From NCBI GenBank assembly GCA_945787795.1, contig CALZJD010000005.1, positions 1 to 40,965 of the forward strand: 40,965 nt of DNA, read 5' to 3'. This document shows, one piece after another, positions 20,245-27,617 of the stretch. The notes under the pieces are model-generated. The model made no database searches, had not been told where the DNA came from, and saw only the letters and a list, made by a program, of their open reading frames with translations. The number at the start of each line of letters is the position of its first letter. Position 1 is the first letter of the stretch. A program made the position numbers and the translations under genes. This DNA is from Thermodesulfovibrionia bacterium (GTDB taxonomy: Bacteria > Nitrospirota > Thermodesulfovibrionia > UBA6902).

Positions 20245-20303
20245 TCAGATAAACCTGAACTGTTTGTAGGGTTATCCTTACGTATTGTGTGGAGAATACC
20301 TGA
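20245..20303. promoter_or_regulatory. Three phased 14-bp LuxR/NarL(RcsAB)-like boxes in the AT-rich control region
   Basis: TCAGATAAACCTGA (20245), TAGGGTTATCCTTA (20267), TGGAGAATACCTGA (20290); 22-23 bp spacing. Confidence 0.35.
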
Positions 20304-20529
20304 AAATAATAAGTGAGTAAAAAATTTACGGAGATTAATCGGTAATTGACTGATTGTTTAAAATATTAATACCATGATTCAATACGTATCGGTAATCTGT
20401 TAATAGGAATGTGGAATTGAATTTTTTTGTCGTTATTTTGGCATTTGATATATGATATTTTGGATTTATTATGATTATTTTGGTATCTTAACGGTATATC
20501 CCATACCCGTTTAGCATGAGGTTTCTTTC

Positions 20530-21291
20530 ATGAACGGCTTCATAAAGAAAAACATAATCAAAATTACTGAATCCCACAACAACACTGTTGAAGACGCTGT
20601 TGCGGAAGAAAAGAAAATCAGAATTTCGGTAAACGGCAGGGAAGTTCTGAGTTTATACTGCAGCCCGATTATGGTCAGGGAGCTTGTCGCCGGCCTCTTT
20701 ATGACAGAAGGGATTATCAAAGGAAGCTGGTGTGCCGACCGAATGAGCATTCAGTACGATGAAGATATACTTGTTGATATTCCCGCAGAAGGAGAAGTAT
20801 CTATTGAAGGCAGTGCCCGGACTTCGGGCTGTGTGGGCGGCATTACATTTGACAGGTCTGAATATAGTGAAACAATCGGGGAAGGCATAACGATAGAAAA
20901 AGATGTGCTCAGGGAACTCTTCCATGACTTCCAGAAAAGGTCTGACCTGTATAACACGACCGGATGCATTCATAGCGCTGCTGTGTCAGACGGCAGGCAC
21001 ATCCTTGTTGTTGGAGAAGATATCGGGAGACATAATGCTGTTGACAAGGTCACGGGTTACTGCTTCCTTGAAGAAATCTCGTTACAGGACAAGATAATAC
21101 TGGTAAGCGGAAGGCTTTCATCAGAAATGGCCACCAAGTGCGCCAGGTGGGGGATACCCATAGTCGTAAGCCGTGCGGCCCCTACAGCCCTTGCCATAAA
21201 CATAGCTGAAAAGCGGGGAATCACCATGGTCGGTTTTATGAGAGGGAAAAGGTTAAATATCTATACGCATCCGGAGCGAATTGTCAGATAG
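20530..21291 (+). CDS. fdhD: Formate dehydrogenase accessory sulfurtransferase
   Basis: LVAGLFMTEGII, TSGCVG, TGCIHSAA, EDIGRHNAVDK, SGRLSSEM, SRAAPT, NIYTHPERI. Confidence 0.95.
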   Translation: MNGFIKKNIIKITESHNNTVEDAVAEEKKIRISVNGREVLSLYCSPIMVRELVAGLFMTEGIIKGSWCADRMSIQYDEDILVDIPAEGEVSIEGSARTSGCVGGITFDRSEYSETIGEGITIEKDVLRELFHDFQKRSDLYNTTGCIHSAAVSDGRHILVVGEDIGRHNAVDKVTGYCFLEEISLQDKIILVSGRLSSEMATKCARWGIPIVVSRAAPTALAINIAEKRGITMVGFMRGKRLNIYTHPERIVR

Positions 21292-21314
21292 AGTGTGTCT
21301 AAACTGCCTTTTTT

Positions 21315-21427
21315 TGTCATGCCCGAAATCTGTAATCGGGCATCCAGAACCTATTGAAAAGGCTGGATTCTCGATGCGAGTCTTCGCGAGAGTCGCTTCG
21401 ACCGGTTTAAGTACTGCCGGAATGACA
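21315..21427. repeat. TGTCAT...ATGACA palindromic extragenic repeat (dRS3/REP-like), copy 1
   Basis: TGTCATGCCCGA..TCGGGCATCCAG...CTGGATTC...CCGGAATGACA between convergent genes; relatives at 29732 and 36994. Confidence 0.75.
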
Positions 21428-21458
21428 GAGTTGAGGAATTGCTACACAATCCTATATT

Positions 21459-21635
21459 TTAAAAACAGCCCAGTTCACACTTTACAATTTTTATTTTAAG
21501 TCTGTCCGCTATTATTCCGGCCATTTTATAAGTAGTATCAGCTTCTTCTGCGATTTTCCTTAGTCCTGAGCAGGTTATTTTTCCATCGGTGACTGAATCT
21601 TTAAGCCGCTCTTCTACTATTTTTTTCTTATTCAT
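21459..21635 (-). CDS. Small conserved hypothetical protein ending C.LGCF
   Basis: 58 aa from ATG 21635: DGKITC...IA...G..AD.LKIKI..CELGCF, a pattern I recognise from small proteins of anaerobes. Confidence 0.75.
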   Translation of the reverse strand: MNKKKIVEERLKDSVTDGKITCSGLRKIAEEADTTYKMAGIIADRLKIKIVKCELGCF

Positions 21636-21902
21636 AATTAACTTCGTTCCAATGGCTGCCTGCAAACGATATGTTCAATGTGGTTTAAAGTCTTTATTTG
21701 CTGATTATAACAATCTTAAACTACCCTTGAACAACTGTTGAGCCAATTTGAATTATGTCGATAAAGAATATTAACAAAAGGCAATTTAAAATGCCAAACC
21801 CATCATTTTTCTATTGCTATCCCGGAAATAATAAAAATATTAGCTCTGATTATACATACGTAATGTGGATTAGATCATTTATTACATAAAATTTTAGTGA
21901 GT

Positions 21903-21923
21903 TATCGAAGTTGAACTTCGATA
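21903..21923. promoter_or_regulatory. 21-bp perfect palindrome (putative operator), copy 1
   Basis: TATCGAAGTT-G-AACTTCGATA; near-identical copy at 36046-36066. Confidence 0.6.
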
Positions 21924-21929
21924 TATTTC

Positions 21930-21950
21930 AAGGTCACACATTTTGACCTT
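21930..21950. promoter_or_regulatory. Dyad AAGGTCA-N7-TGACCTT (putative operator)
   Basis: Perfect 7-bp arms, 6 bp downstream of the 21-bp palindrome. Confidence 0.4.
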
Positions 21951-22140
21951 AGATCGGATTTGTAAGAGATGATAACATTGCAGGCCTGAACCGCAAATCC
22001 ATCTCTTTATGAACAGTTTTTTATTGATTTTTTAATAACTCCAGCCTAATATAGAAAGGACATTACATGTGATGACACAGCCACAATAACACATGAGAAT
22101 ACGAAATGATAACCGTATACTTCTTCATGATTAGGTACTG

Positions 22141-22413
22141 ATGAGAAAACGGCAGAAAATTATTCTTATTTTTTATATGTATATGGTTATTTTATTGGGA
22201 TTTATCTATGTTCCTTATGATGTGTATTACCCTAATGGTGCGAAAAAATTTGTGGGACATCACCTCAGAGTTCGGTTGTTTGAACTCGTTCCATGGGAAA
22301 AGAAGGTATGGGGACAAACGGCTATAGATGCGAATTTGATTATCGCTGAGATATTAGCCATTACTGCTGTTACGGTGGTTATTTTTATTTTATTTAAGAG
22401 AGATGAACCGTAA
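22141..22413 (+). CDS. Small 2-TM hypothetical protein
   Basis: 90 aa; basic N-terminus and two hydrophobic helices. Confidence 0.7.
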   Translation: MRKRQKIILIFYMYMVILLGFIYVPYDVYYPNGAKKFVGHHLRVRLFELVPWEKKVWGQTAIDANLIIAEILAITAVTVVIFILFKRDEP

Positions 22414-22534
22414 TTGATATTATCACATATGCCCGTGCTGCAGCTAATCTATCACTACAATCAACATGGGTATTATTATGGTCATCCAGATCGTGGCTCG
22501 TGGCTTCCACTAATACTTTTTTTACTTTATTCAT
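22394..22534 (-). CDS. Unannotated 46-aa small ORF (possibly a frameshifted small membrane peptide)
   Basis: AAGGAGG 5 nt before ATG 22534; MNKVKKVLVEATSHDLDDHNNTHVDCSDRLAAARAYVIISITVHLS*; lies directly under a sigma-54 promoter. Confidence 0.5.
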   Translation of the reverse strand: MNKVKKVLVEATSHDLDDHNNTHVDCSDRLAAARAYVIISITVHLS

Positions 22535-22570
22535 AGTACCCTCCTTTTTTTACACAAGTAAAATAATATA

Positions 22571-22586
22571 TGCAATTTTGCTACCA
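22571..22586 (-). promoter_or_regulatory. Sigma-54 -24/-12 promoter
   Basis: TGGTAG-CAAAA-TTGCA with exact GG-N10-GC spacing. Confidence 0.75.
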
Positions 22587-22624
22587 GGAGAATCTTAAAG
22601 GTTAAAACGCCTTTTTATCATTAA

Positions 22625-22637
22625 TATCAATAAGTTG
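22625..22637 (+). promoter_or_regulatory. IHF binding site
   Basis: TATCAATAAGTTG fits WATCAANNNNTTR; lies between the promoter and the enhancer. Confidence 0.65.
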
Positions 22638-22673
22638 CCATAATGATATTGATAGTCGTGGTTTATGCTGATA

Positions 22674-22706
22674 TGTGACAATGCACAGAATTGTGCCATT
22701 ATGACA
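22674..22706. promoter_or_regulatory. Tandem enhancer sites for a sigma-54 activator (bEBP)
   Basis: TGTGACAATGCACA and TGTGCCATTATGACA (TGT-N8/9-ACA), about 90-120 bp upstream of the -24 element. Confidence 0.55.
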
Positions 22707-22730
22707 GGCTATTTACATGTAATTTTTAGT

Positions 22731-23537
22731 CTATGAGCAACTGCTGTTCAGACATGATGCTCCGGTACCTCCTGCACATACTTCATCAAACAGTATTTTA
22801 TTTCCCTTTTCAGAAATGCCGAGTGTATGAATCTCCTTCTTCAACATATCACACGTTCCATTTCCACCGAGGTATCCGTTGACTCTGGCAACTGCAGTAG
22901 AGGAGAGCAGTCCTTTAAATGAAGGATATATGGTATTTAATTCCTCCATCAGTCCCCTGTTTCCCCGCAGCATATGCTTTTGATGGTAATCTTCGGCAAG
23001 ATAAAATTCTGTCAATGGCAATATGTCGGTCCTTATCCTTTCTTGTATCGATGAAGCAAGAAGTTCTATGGAATGTTCAGCAATGCTTTTCTGTTTATCA
23101 TCATGGTACAGGATTGCCTTTCTGTACTGCCGTGACCAGGGGGGTGATGTCGGGTCGTGGCTGTCCCAGAATATATCAAGCAACTCTTTATAGGAAAGCA
23201 TTCCCGGGTCGTAATCTATTTGTATCACCTCTGAGTGATTACCCAGATTATGATATGTCGGATGAGCTGACGATCCCCCTGCGTATCCTACACGGGTACG
23301 AACAACTCCGGGCATACTCCCGAACCGGGAGTCAGGACCCCAGAATCACCCCAATGCAAATGTTGCTGTTTCTATTACTGCCGGTATAATTTTATCTATT
23401 AGCGGATGAACTGCATGTATCGAATCCGGATGTTCTGTTTTCATTATGGTATTGCCTCTTTTGTCTTCCATGAGAATCACTACTCCCAGTATAAGGGGTA
23501 ACGATATCAAGGTTATAAGTCTTAATCTGAAGTTCAT
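22731..23537 (-). CDS. msrA: Selenocysteine-containing peptide methionine sulfoxide reductase A with N-terminal membrane anchor (268 aa)
   Basis: ORFs 23346-23537 and 22731-23315 are in one frame: ETATFALG-TGA(23346-23348)-FWGPDSRFGSMPGVVRTRVGYAGG...HSEVIQIDYDP...AEDYHQK. The TGA sits at the catalytic Cys of GCFWG. Confidence 0.92.
23306..23345 (-). promoter_or_regulatory. Bacterial SECIS element
   Basis: Directly 3' of the UGA: UUCUGGG..ACUCCCG-GUU-CGGGAGU..CCCGGAG; the apical loop starts with G, 20 nt from the UGA. Confidence 0.85.
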
Positions 23538-24160
23538 TACATACCCTTCTTTTTTTCCCTCATATCATCAGGCATGGTTTGATGCTGGATATTATCCTTC
23601 ATGTCTTTACTTTCAAATAGCATCAGATATTTCCCGTATCCCTCTTCTTCGAGTTTTTTTACTGGGATGAAGCGCAGAGATGCCGAATTCATACAGTAGC
23701 GAAGTCCGGTAGGTTCAGGACCGTCATCAAACACATGGCCGAGGTGGGAATCTGCATATCTGCTTCGCACTTCTGTCCTTGTCCTGAAAAAGCCTCTGTC
23801 CTCTTTTTCAACTATGTTTTCAGGTTCAAGAGGTCTGGTGAAACTTGGCCAGCCTGTTCCTGACTTATACTTGTCCAGAGAACTGAAGAGAGGTTCTCCT
23901 GAAACGATATCAACATATATCCCCGGTTTTTTATTGTCCCAGTATTCGTTGTCAAAGGCCCGTTCCGTATCATCTTTCTGGGTCACCTTGTATTGCAGCG
24001 GTGTCAGATTTTTCTTTATTTCATCTGGTGAAGGTTTCATGTACGTTTTCTCCGACATTTTCTGTGCAGAAACGTCCATGTCTGAGGTGTATGCATTGGT
24101 CATAGCGATACACAGGAGAACGATCAGCAGTGTATTTATTAAAATTTTCATATTGAACAT
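23537..24160 (-). CDS. msrB: Peptide methionine sulfoxide reductase B with signal peptide
   Basis: [56 protein letters not shown]; RBS GGAGG before ATG 24160; TAATG overlap with msrA. Confidence 0.96.
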   Translation of the reverse strand: MFNMKILINTLLIVLLCIAMTNAYTSDMDVSAQKMSEKTYMKPSPDEIKKNLTPLQYKVTQKDDTERAFDNEYWDNKKPGIYVDIVSGEPLFSSLDKYKSGTGWPSFTRPLEPENIVEKEDRGFFRTRTEVRSRYADSHLGHVFDDGPEPTGLRYCMNSASLRFIPVKKLEEEGYGKYLMLFESKDMKDNIQHQTMPDDMREKKKGM

Positions 24161-24189
24161 ATCCACCTCCTGAAATCACCTGTTTGACA

Positions 24190-24218
24190 GGAAAGGTGAG
24201 ACATTGCCCCACCTTCCC
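24190..24218 (-). other. Intercistronic hairpin (no U-tract on the coding strand)
   Basis: GGGAAGGTGGGGC-AAT-GTCTCACCTTTCC between the spondin gene and msrB. Confidence 0.55.
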
Positions 24219-24238
24219 TTTCTCTACTCATATTATTG

Positions 24239-24934
24239 TCAATCATCCTCCTCTTTGTCATCATCATGATAACTGCCAACCCTCTCAATGACTATCCGGG
24301 CAACAGGATTTCTCCAGTCATAAATATTGTCCAGGAGACTTCCTATTCCATGGATTCCCGGGTGGATGTGAACATATCCTTCTCCATCTTCAACACTGAG
24401 GGCATCTCCATCACACACCGGACCGGGGATGTTGGCGCACAATTCATCATTTATCTCAGTTCCGGCGTCGTATGCAGGTGACACATACATTACTGATCTG
24501 TGACCCCTGGGCGCCTTTACGCCATTCAGCGCGAAAAAACCGTCGTTTGTCGGTATCAACATGGCAGCAAGGCTAATATGGCGAAATCCTCCTGTACGTT
24601 CAAGCTTCACCACTGTAGAATCACCGGGCATAAGAAGACCTTCAGATGTTGCTATTTCTGCAACTCTCGGATTGCCTGCCATCATCGTGGATAAAGGCTC
24701 GGTATTTCCTGACTCTGCCAGTATCCCGAGCGACTTGCTTGCGGGCGATCCCGGGGTAAACAGACTGACACCTTTTTTATGGTTCAGTACTATGGTCGGC
24801 GTAAACGTCTGGTTGCTCGTCATATTCGTTATGGTTACTTTATAATAACCTCCATACCTGTCAGCATAACCATTTGTGATGAGTAAAGTTAATGCCATCA
24901 AGCACCCAATAATTATCAATACTTTCTGTTTCAT
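24239..24934 (-). CDS. Secreted spondin_N domain protein
   Basis: Signal peptide; YKVTITN.T..Q.FTP, LAESG, SLAAMLIPTNDGF, AYDAGTE.NDE, VHIHPG, YDWRNPVARI; RBS AAGGAGG. Confidence 0.88.
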   Translation of the reverse strand: MKQKVLIIIGCLMALTLLITNGYADRYGGYYKVTITNMTSNQTFTPTIVLNHKKGVSLFTPGSPASKSLGILAESGNTEPLSTMMAGNPRVAEIATSEGLLMPGDSTVVKLERTGGFRHISLAAMLIPTNDGFFALNGVKAPRGHRSVMYVSPAYDAGTEINDELCANIPGPVCDGDALSVEDGEGYVHIHPGIHGIGSLLDNIYDWRNPVARIVIERVGSYHDDDKEEDD

Positions 24935-25086
24935 TTGTCTCCCTCCTTTACATTCAATATACAGGCGTATTATAAATTAATATTTCAAGACCCCCTTTCA
25001 TTTCATTTGCCTGCTTATCAGGAGATAGTGAACAGTGTCAATACAGAGTCTCTATCCCCTGTTGATTAAGAGGATAACAGGAGAAG

Positions 25087-25126
25087 ATCACGAGTTTATC
25101 ACGAAAATATAACGTTTATGTCACAA
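25087..25126 (-). promoter_or_regulatory. Four OmpR-family direct-repeat half-sites, 11-bp period
   Basis: Plus strand: ATCACG 25087, ATCACG 25098, ATAACG 25109, GTCACA 25120; same motif at 27560/27571. Confidence 0.75.
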
Positions 25127-25132
25127 CAAAAA

Positions 25133-25305
25133 GTTCAACAATTGTTCAAAATAGTTCAAAGTTAGTTCAAGATTGTAATAAACTGACCTGCAACAAGGAG
25201 GCAGGGCATACATTTTGGAATTAATAAATAGGGAAAGAACAATTGTTGAACCACTATTGAACTACTATTGAACCACTTTTGAACTACTATTGAACAATGT
25301 TGAAC
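25133..25305. repeat. Two mutually inverted short-period arrays: GTTCAA x4 and TTGAAC x6
   Basis: GTTCAA at 25133, 25144, 25154, 25165; TTGAAC at 25246, 25257, 25268, 25279, 25290, 25300. Confidence 0.9.
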
Positions 25306-25312
25306 AGTTGTT

Positions 25313-26791
25313 TTATTTATAAACCGGCAGGTGAAAGGTAAATGTAGTCCCTGAATTCTGCACGCTCGTTACCTCGATAGACGTCCCGTGCAATTCCAGG
25401 ATTTTTTTTGTCACGGCAAGACCCAGCCCTGAATGAGAAGACTTGCCCTTTCTGCTTCTGTCAGTCTGATAGAACCGGTCGAATATGCGGGGAAGTGCAT
25501 GCTCAGGTATGCCGCAGCCTGTATCACTTACCTGTACAGTGATTTTTTCCTGATCATGGTCAGTCAGCACGATGCTGATAGATCCTTCTTCAGGTGTGTA
25601 ACGAAGCGCATTGTCCAGCAGGTTTTCCATGACCCGCTCGATCATCGCTATATCAGCATAGGCAAACGGTATTTCCTTTCCGATATTTGTCACGATGTTG
25701 ATCTTCCGTTCCCTGGCGGTTAACGCAAATTTCTGTACGATATCCTGTACCAGCTCACTCAGGCTGAACGGTTCTGCATGTACGACCATGTCATCTGCCT
25801 CAAGTTTGGCAAGTTCAAAAAGATCACTGATTAATTTGCTGAGACGCTCACAATGGCTGACCGCTATTTTTAGATAGTTTCTCCGCTCCTCTGATGACAG
25901 GCTCTCATCTTTTAACAGAAGGGTCTCAATATATCCCTGCATGGTTGCCAGAGGCGTCCGCAGGTCATGTGATACATTTGCTACCAGCTCACGTCTCATT
26001 GCGTCAGACTTCTCCAGTTTATCCATCTGGGAGTTGATTCTTTCTGTCATTTGCCAGAATGTCAGGCCGAGCCTGTCTATTTCATCATGCATGCTCTCAT
26101 GGCCGCTTAACGGTAGATGATGTTCCTGCAGAGGCATGCCGCTTTCATATTTTTCCATAACAGCTGCAAGGCGTTTTAACCGCCGTGTCAGAAATGCAAA
26201 GATAATCAATCCGGCTATCAATGCAACGATAAGGCTTATCGCTATTACCCGGATACTGAGCTGGAGAATATAACTCCCCTGGATTTTCTGAATGATAGTG
26301 TCATATGTCTCACCACCCAGAATTACGTACAGATATCCTTCAAGTCTGTCTTCCGGTTTAATAGGAGCAGCAGTAAAAACCTTTTTCCCGTTTGCATCCC
26401 GCGGATCATCGCCGAGCAGAGGCAGGGGAACCTGCCCGCTGATCATTTGTTTTACAGGCACAAGATCAACTCTCTTACGTTTTACCCTGCCGGGCTCTGC
26501 AGAAAAAGCAAGGATGCTGCCCTCGCGGTCAAGGAGGTAAATCTCAATACTTGGATTTATCACCATGAGCATATGAAATATTTCCTTGAGAGCTTCCTGA
26601 TTGACCTGATTGTCCTGCAGAATAATTTGTTCAGCTACGATGAGACCGGCAAGTTCCCGGTTGAGCTTCTGGTTAACTTCCTGCTGATATTGCTCGGTTG
26701 CATAAACGCTGATAATAATAAAAGAGACCCCTATTAAAAAAAATAATCCGAGCAGCACAAGGGCCAGTTTTGCATACAGTGATCTCAGCAT
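25313..26791 (-). CDS. Sensor histidine kinase (2 TM, periplasmic domain, HAMP, HisKA, HATPase)
   Basis: DEIDRLG (HAMP), NVSHDLRTPL, NLLDNALRYT, DTGCGI, IFDRFY, GLGLAV. Confidence 0.96.
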   Translation of the reverse strand: MLRSLYAKLALVLLGLFFLIGVSFIIISVYATEQYQQEVNQKLNRELAGLIVAEQIILQDNQVNQEALKEIFHMLMVINPSIEIYLLDREGSILAFSAEPGRVKRKRVDLVPVKQMISGQVPLPLLGDDPRDANGKKVFTAAPIKPEDRLEGYLYVILGGETYDTIIQKIQGSYILQLSIRVIAISLIVALIAGLIIFAFLTRRLKRLAAVMEKYESGMPLQEHHLPLSGHESMHDEIDRLGLTFWQMTERINSQMDKLEKSDAMRRELVANVSHDLRTPLATMQGYIETLLLKDESLSSEERRNYLKIAVSHCERLSKLISDLFELAKLEADDMVVHAEPFSLSELVQDIVQKFALTARERKINIVTNIGKEIPFAYADIAMIERVMENLLDNALRYTPEEGSISIVLTDHDQEKITVQVSDTGCGIPEHALPRIFDRFYQTDRSRKGKSSHSGLGLAVTKKILELHGTSIEVTSVQNSGTTFTFHLPVYK

Positions 26792-27507
26792 CAGTCACCT
26801 TCCCGGCTGAAGTCGGCAAATTTATATCCAACTCCCCAGACCGTGAGGATATAGCGCGGCTGGGCCGGGTTTTCTTCTATCTTGGAACGAAGGCGGTTAA
26901 TATGAGAGTTGACGGTATGCTCATACCCTTCATGACTGTATCCCCACACCAGGTCCAGTAATTGCGACCGTGTATAGACCCGTCCCGGATGCTGTGCAAA
27001 ATGTAACAGCAGGTCAAATTCCTTCATCGTTACATCAATCGGTTTGCCATCAAGCGTCACACTCCGCTTTTCAATGTCTATTTCCATATCCCCTGCAAGG
27101 ATATTATCAGGCACCTCTTCAGTTTCATGATTCTTCATCTTGTCCACCCGCCGGATTATTGCTTTTACTCTTGCCATAAGTTCCATAATGCTGAACGGTT
27201 TTGTCACGTAATCATCAGCCCCGATTTCAAGACCGATGACACGGTCCATTTCAGAGGATTTTGAAGTCAGCATCAATATGGGAACATAGGAGGATTTACT
27301 GCGCAGGCGTTTGCAGATTTCAAGGCCGTCAAGACCGGGCAGCATAAGGTCCAGAATGATAAGGTCATACTGGTCAGCTTCTGCCTTTGCAACACCAGAG
27401 ACACCATCAAGCGCAATGTCAACGATAAATGAAAGATCCCTCAGGTGCAGCTCAAGCAGTTGGGCGAGTTCCCTGTTGTCTTCGATGATCAGAATACTTT
27501 TTCCCAT
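26791..27507 (-). CDS. OmpR/PhoB-family response regulator
   Basis: IIED, LDLMLPGLDG, GADDYVTKPF, winged-helix HTVNSHINRLRSKIE..ILTVWGVGYKF. Confidence 0.97.
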   Translation of the reverse strand: MGKSILIIEDNRELAQLLELHLRDLSFIVDIALDGVSGVAKAEADQYDLIILDLMLPGLDGLEICKRLRSKSSYVPILMLTSKSSEMDRVIGLEIGADDYVTKPFSIMELMARVKAIIRRVDKMKNHETEEVPDNILAGDMEIDIEKRSVTLDGKPIDVTMKEFDLLLHFAQHPGRVYTRSQLLDLVWGYSHEGYEHTVNSHINRLRSKIEENPAQPRYILTVWGVGYKFADFSREGD

Positions 27508-27559
27508 AGTAACAGACCTGTATCCTGTTTATATTACAATTTTATTATAATCATCAATT

Positions 27560-27576
27560 ATCACAGAAAAGTCACG
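27560..27576 (-). promoter_or_regulatory. Probable autoregulatory response-regulator site
   Basis: ATCACA-N5-GTCACG, 11-bp period, same orientation as the 25087 array, 53 bp upstream of the regulator ATG. Confidence 0.65.
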
Positions 27577-27586
27577 AAATAGAAAT

Positions 27587-27614
27587 GTAAGGGCACGTAG
27601 CAACGTGCCCCTAC
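27587..27614. repeat. GTAG-type REP palindrome
   Basis: GTAAGGGCACGTAGCAACGTGCCCCTAC hairpin just after a stop codon. Confidence 0.7.
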
Positions 27615-27617
27615 GGG

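Noticed and set aside
21780-21797. Sigma-54 promoter TGGCAT-TTTAAA-TTGC on the minus strand
   Set aside because: Spacing is GG-N11-GC, one base too long.
23346-23537. Separate 63-aa protein, or msrA nonsense pseudogene
   Set aside because: The TGA is at the catalytic position, in frame and followed by a SECIS-like hairpin, so Sec recoding fits better.
24190-24218. Intrinsic terminator between the spondin gene and msrB
   Set aside because: No U-tract follows on the coding strand; kept only as a hairpin.
25133-25305. CRISPR array
   Set aside because: Units are 10-11 bp with no unique spacers, and there are no cas genes.
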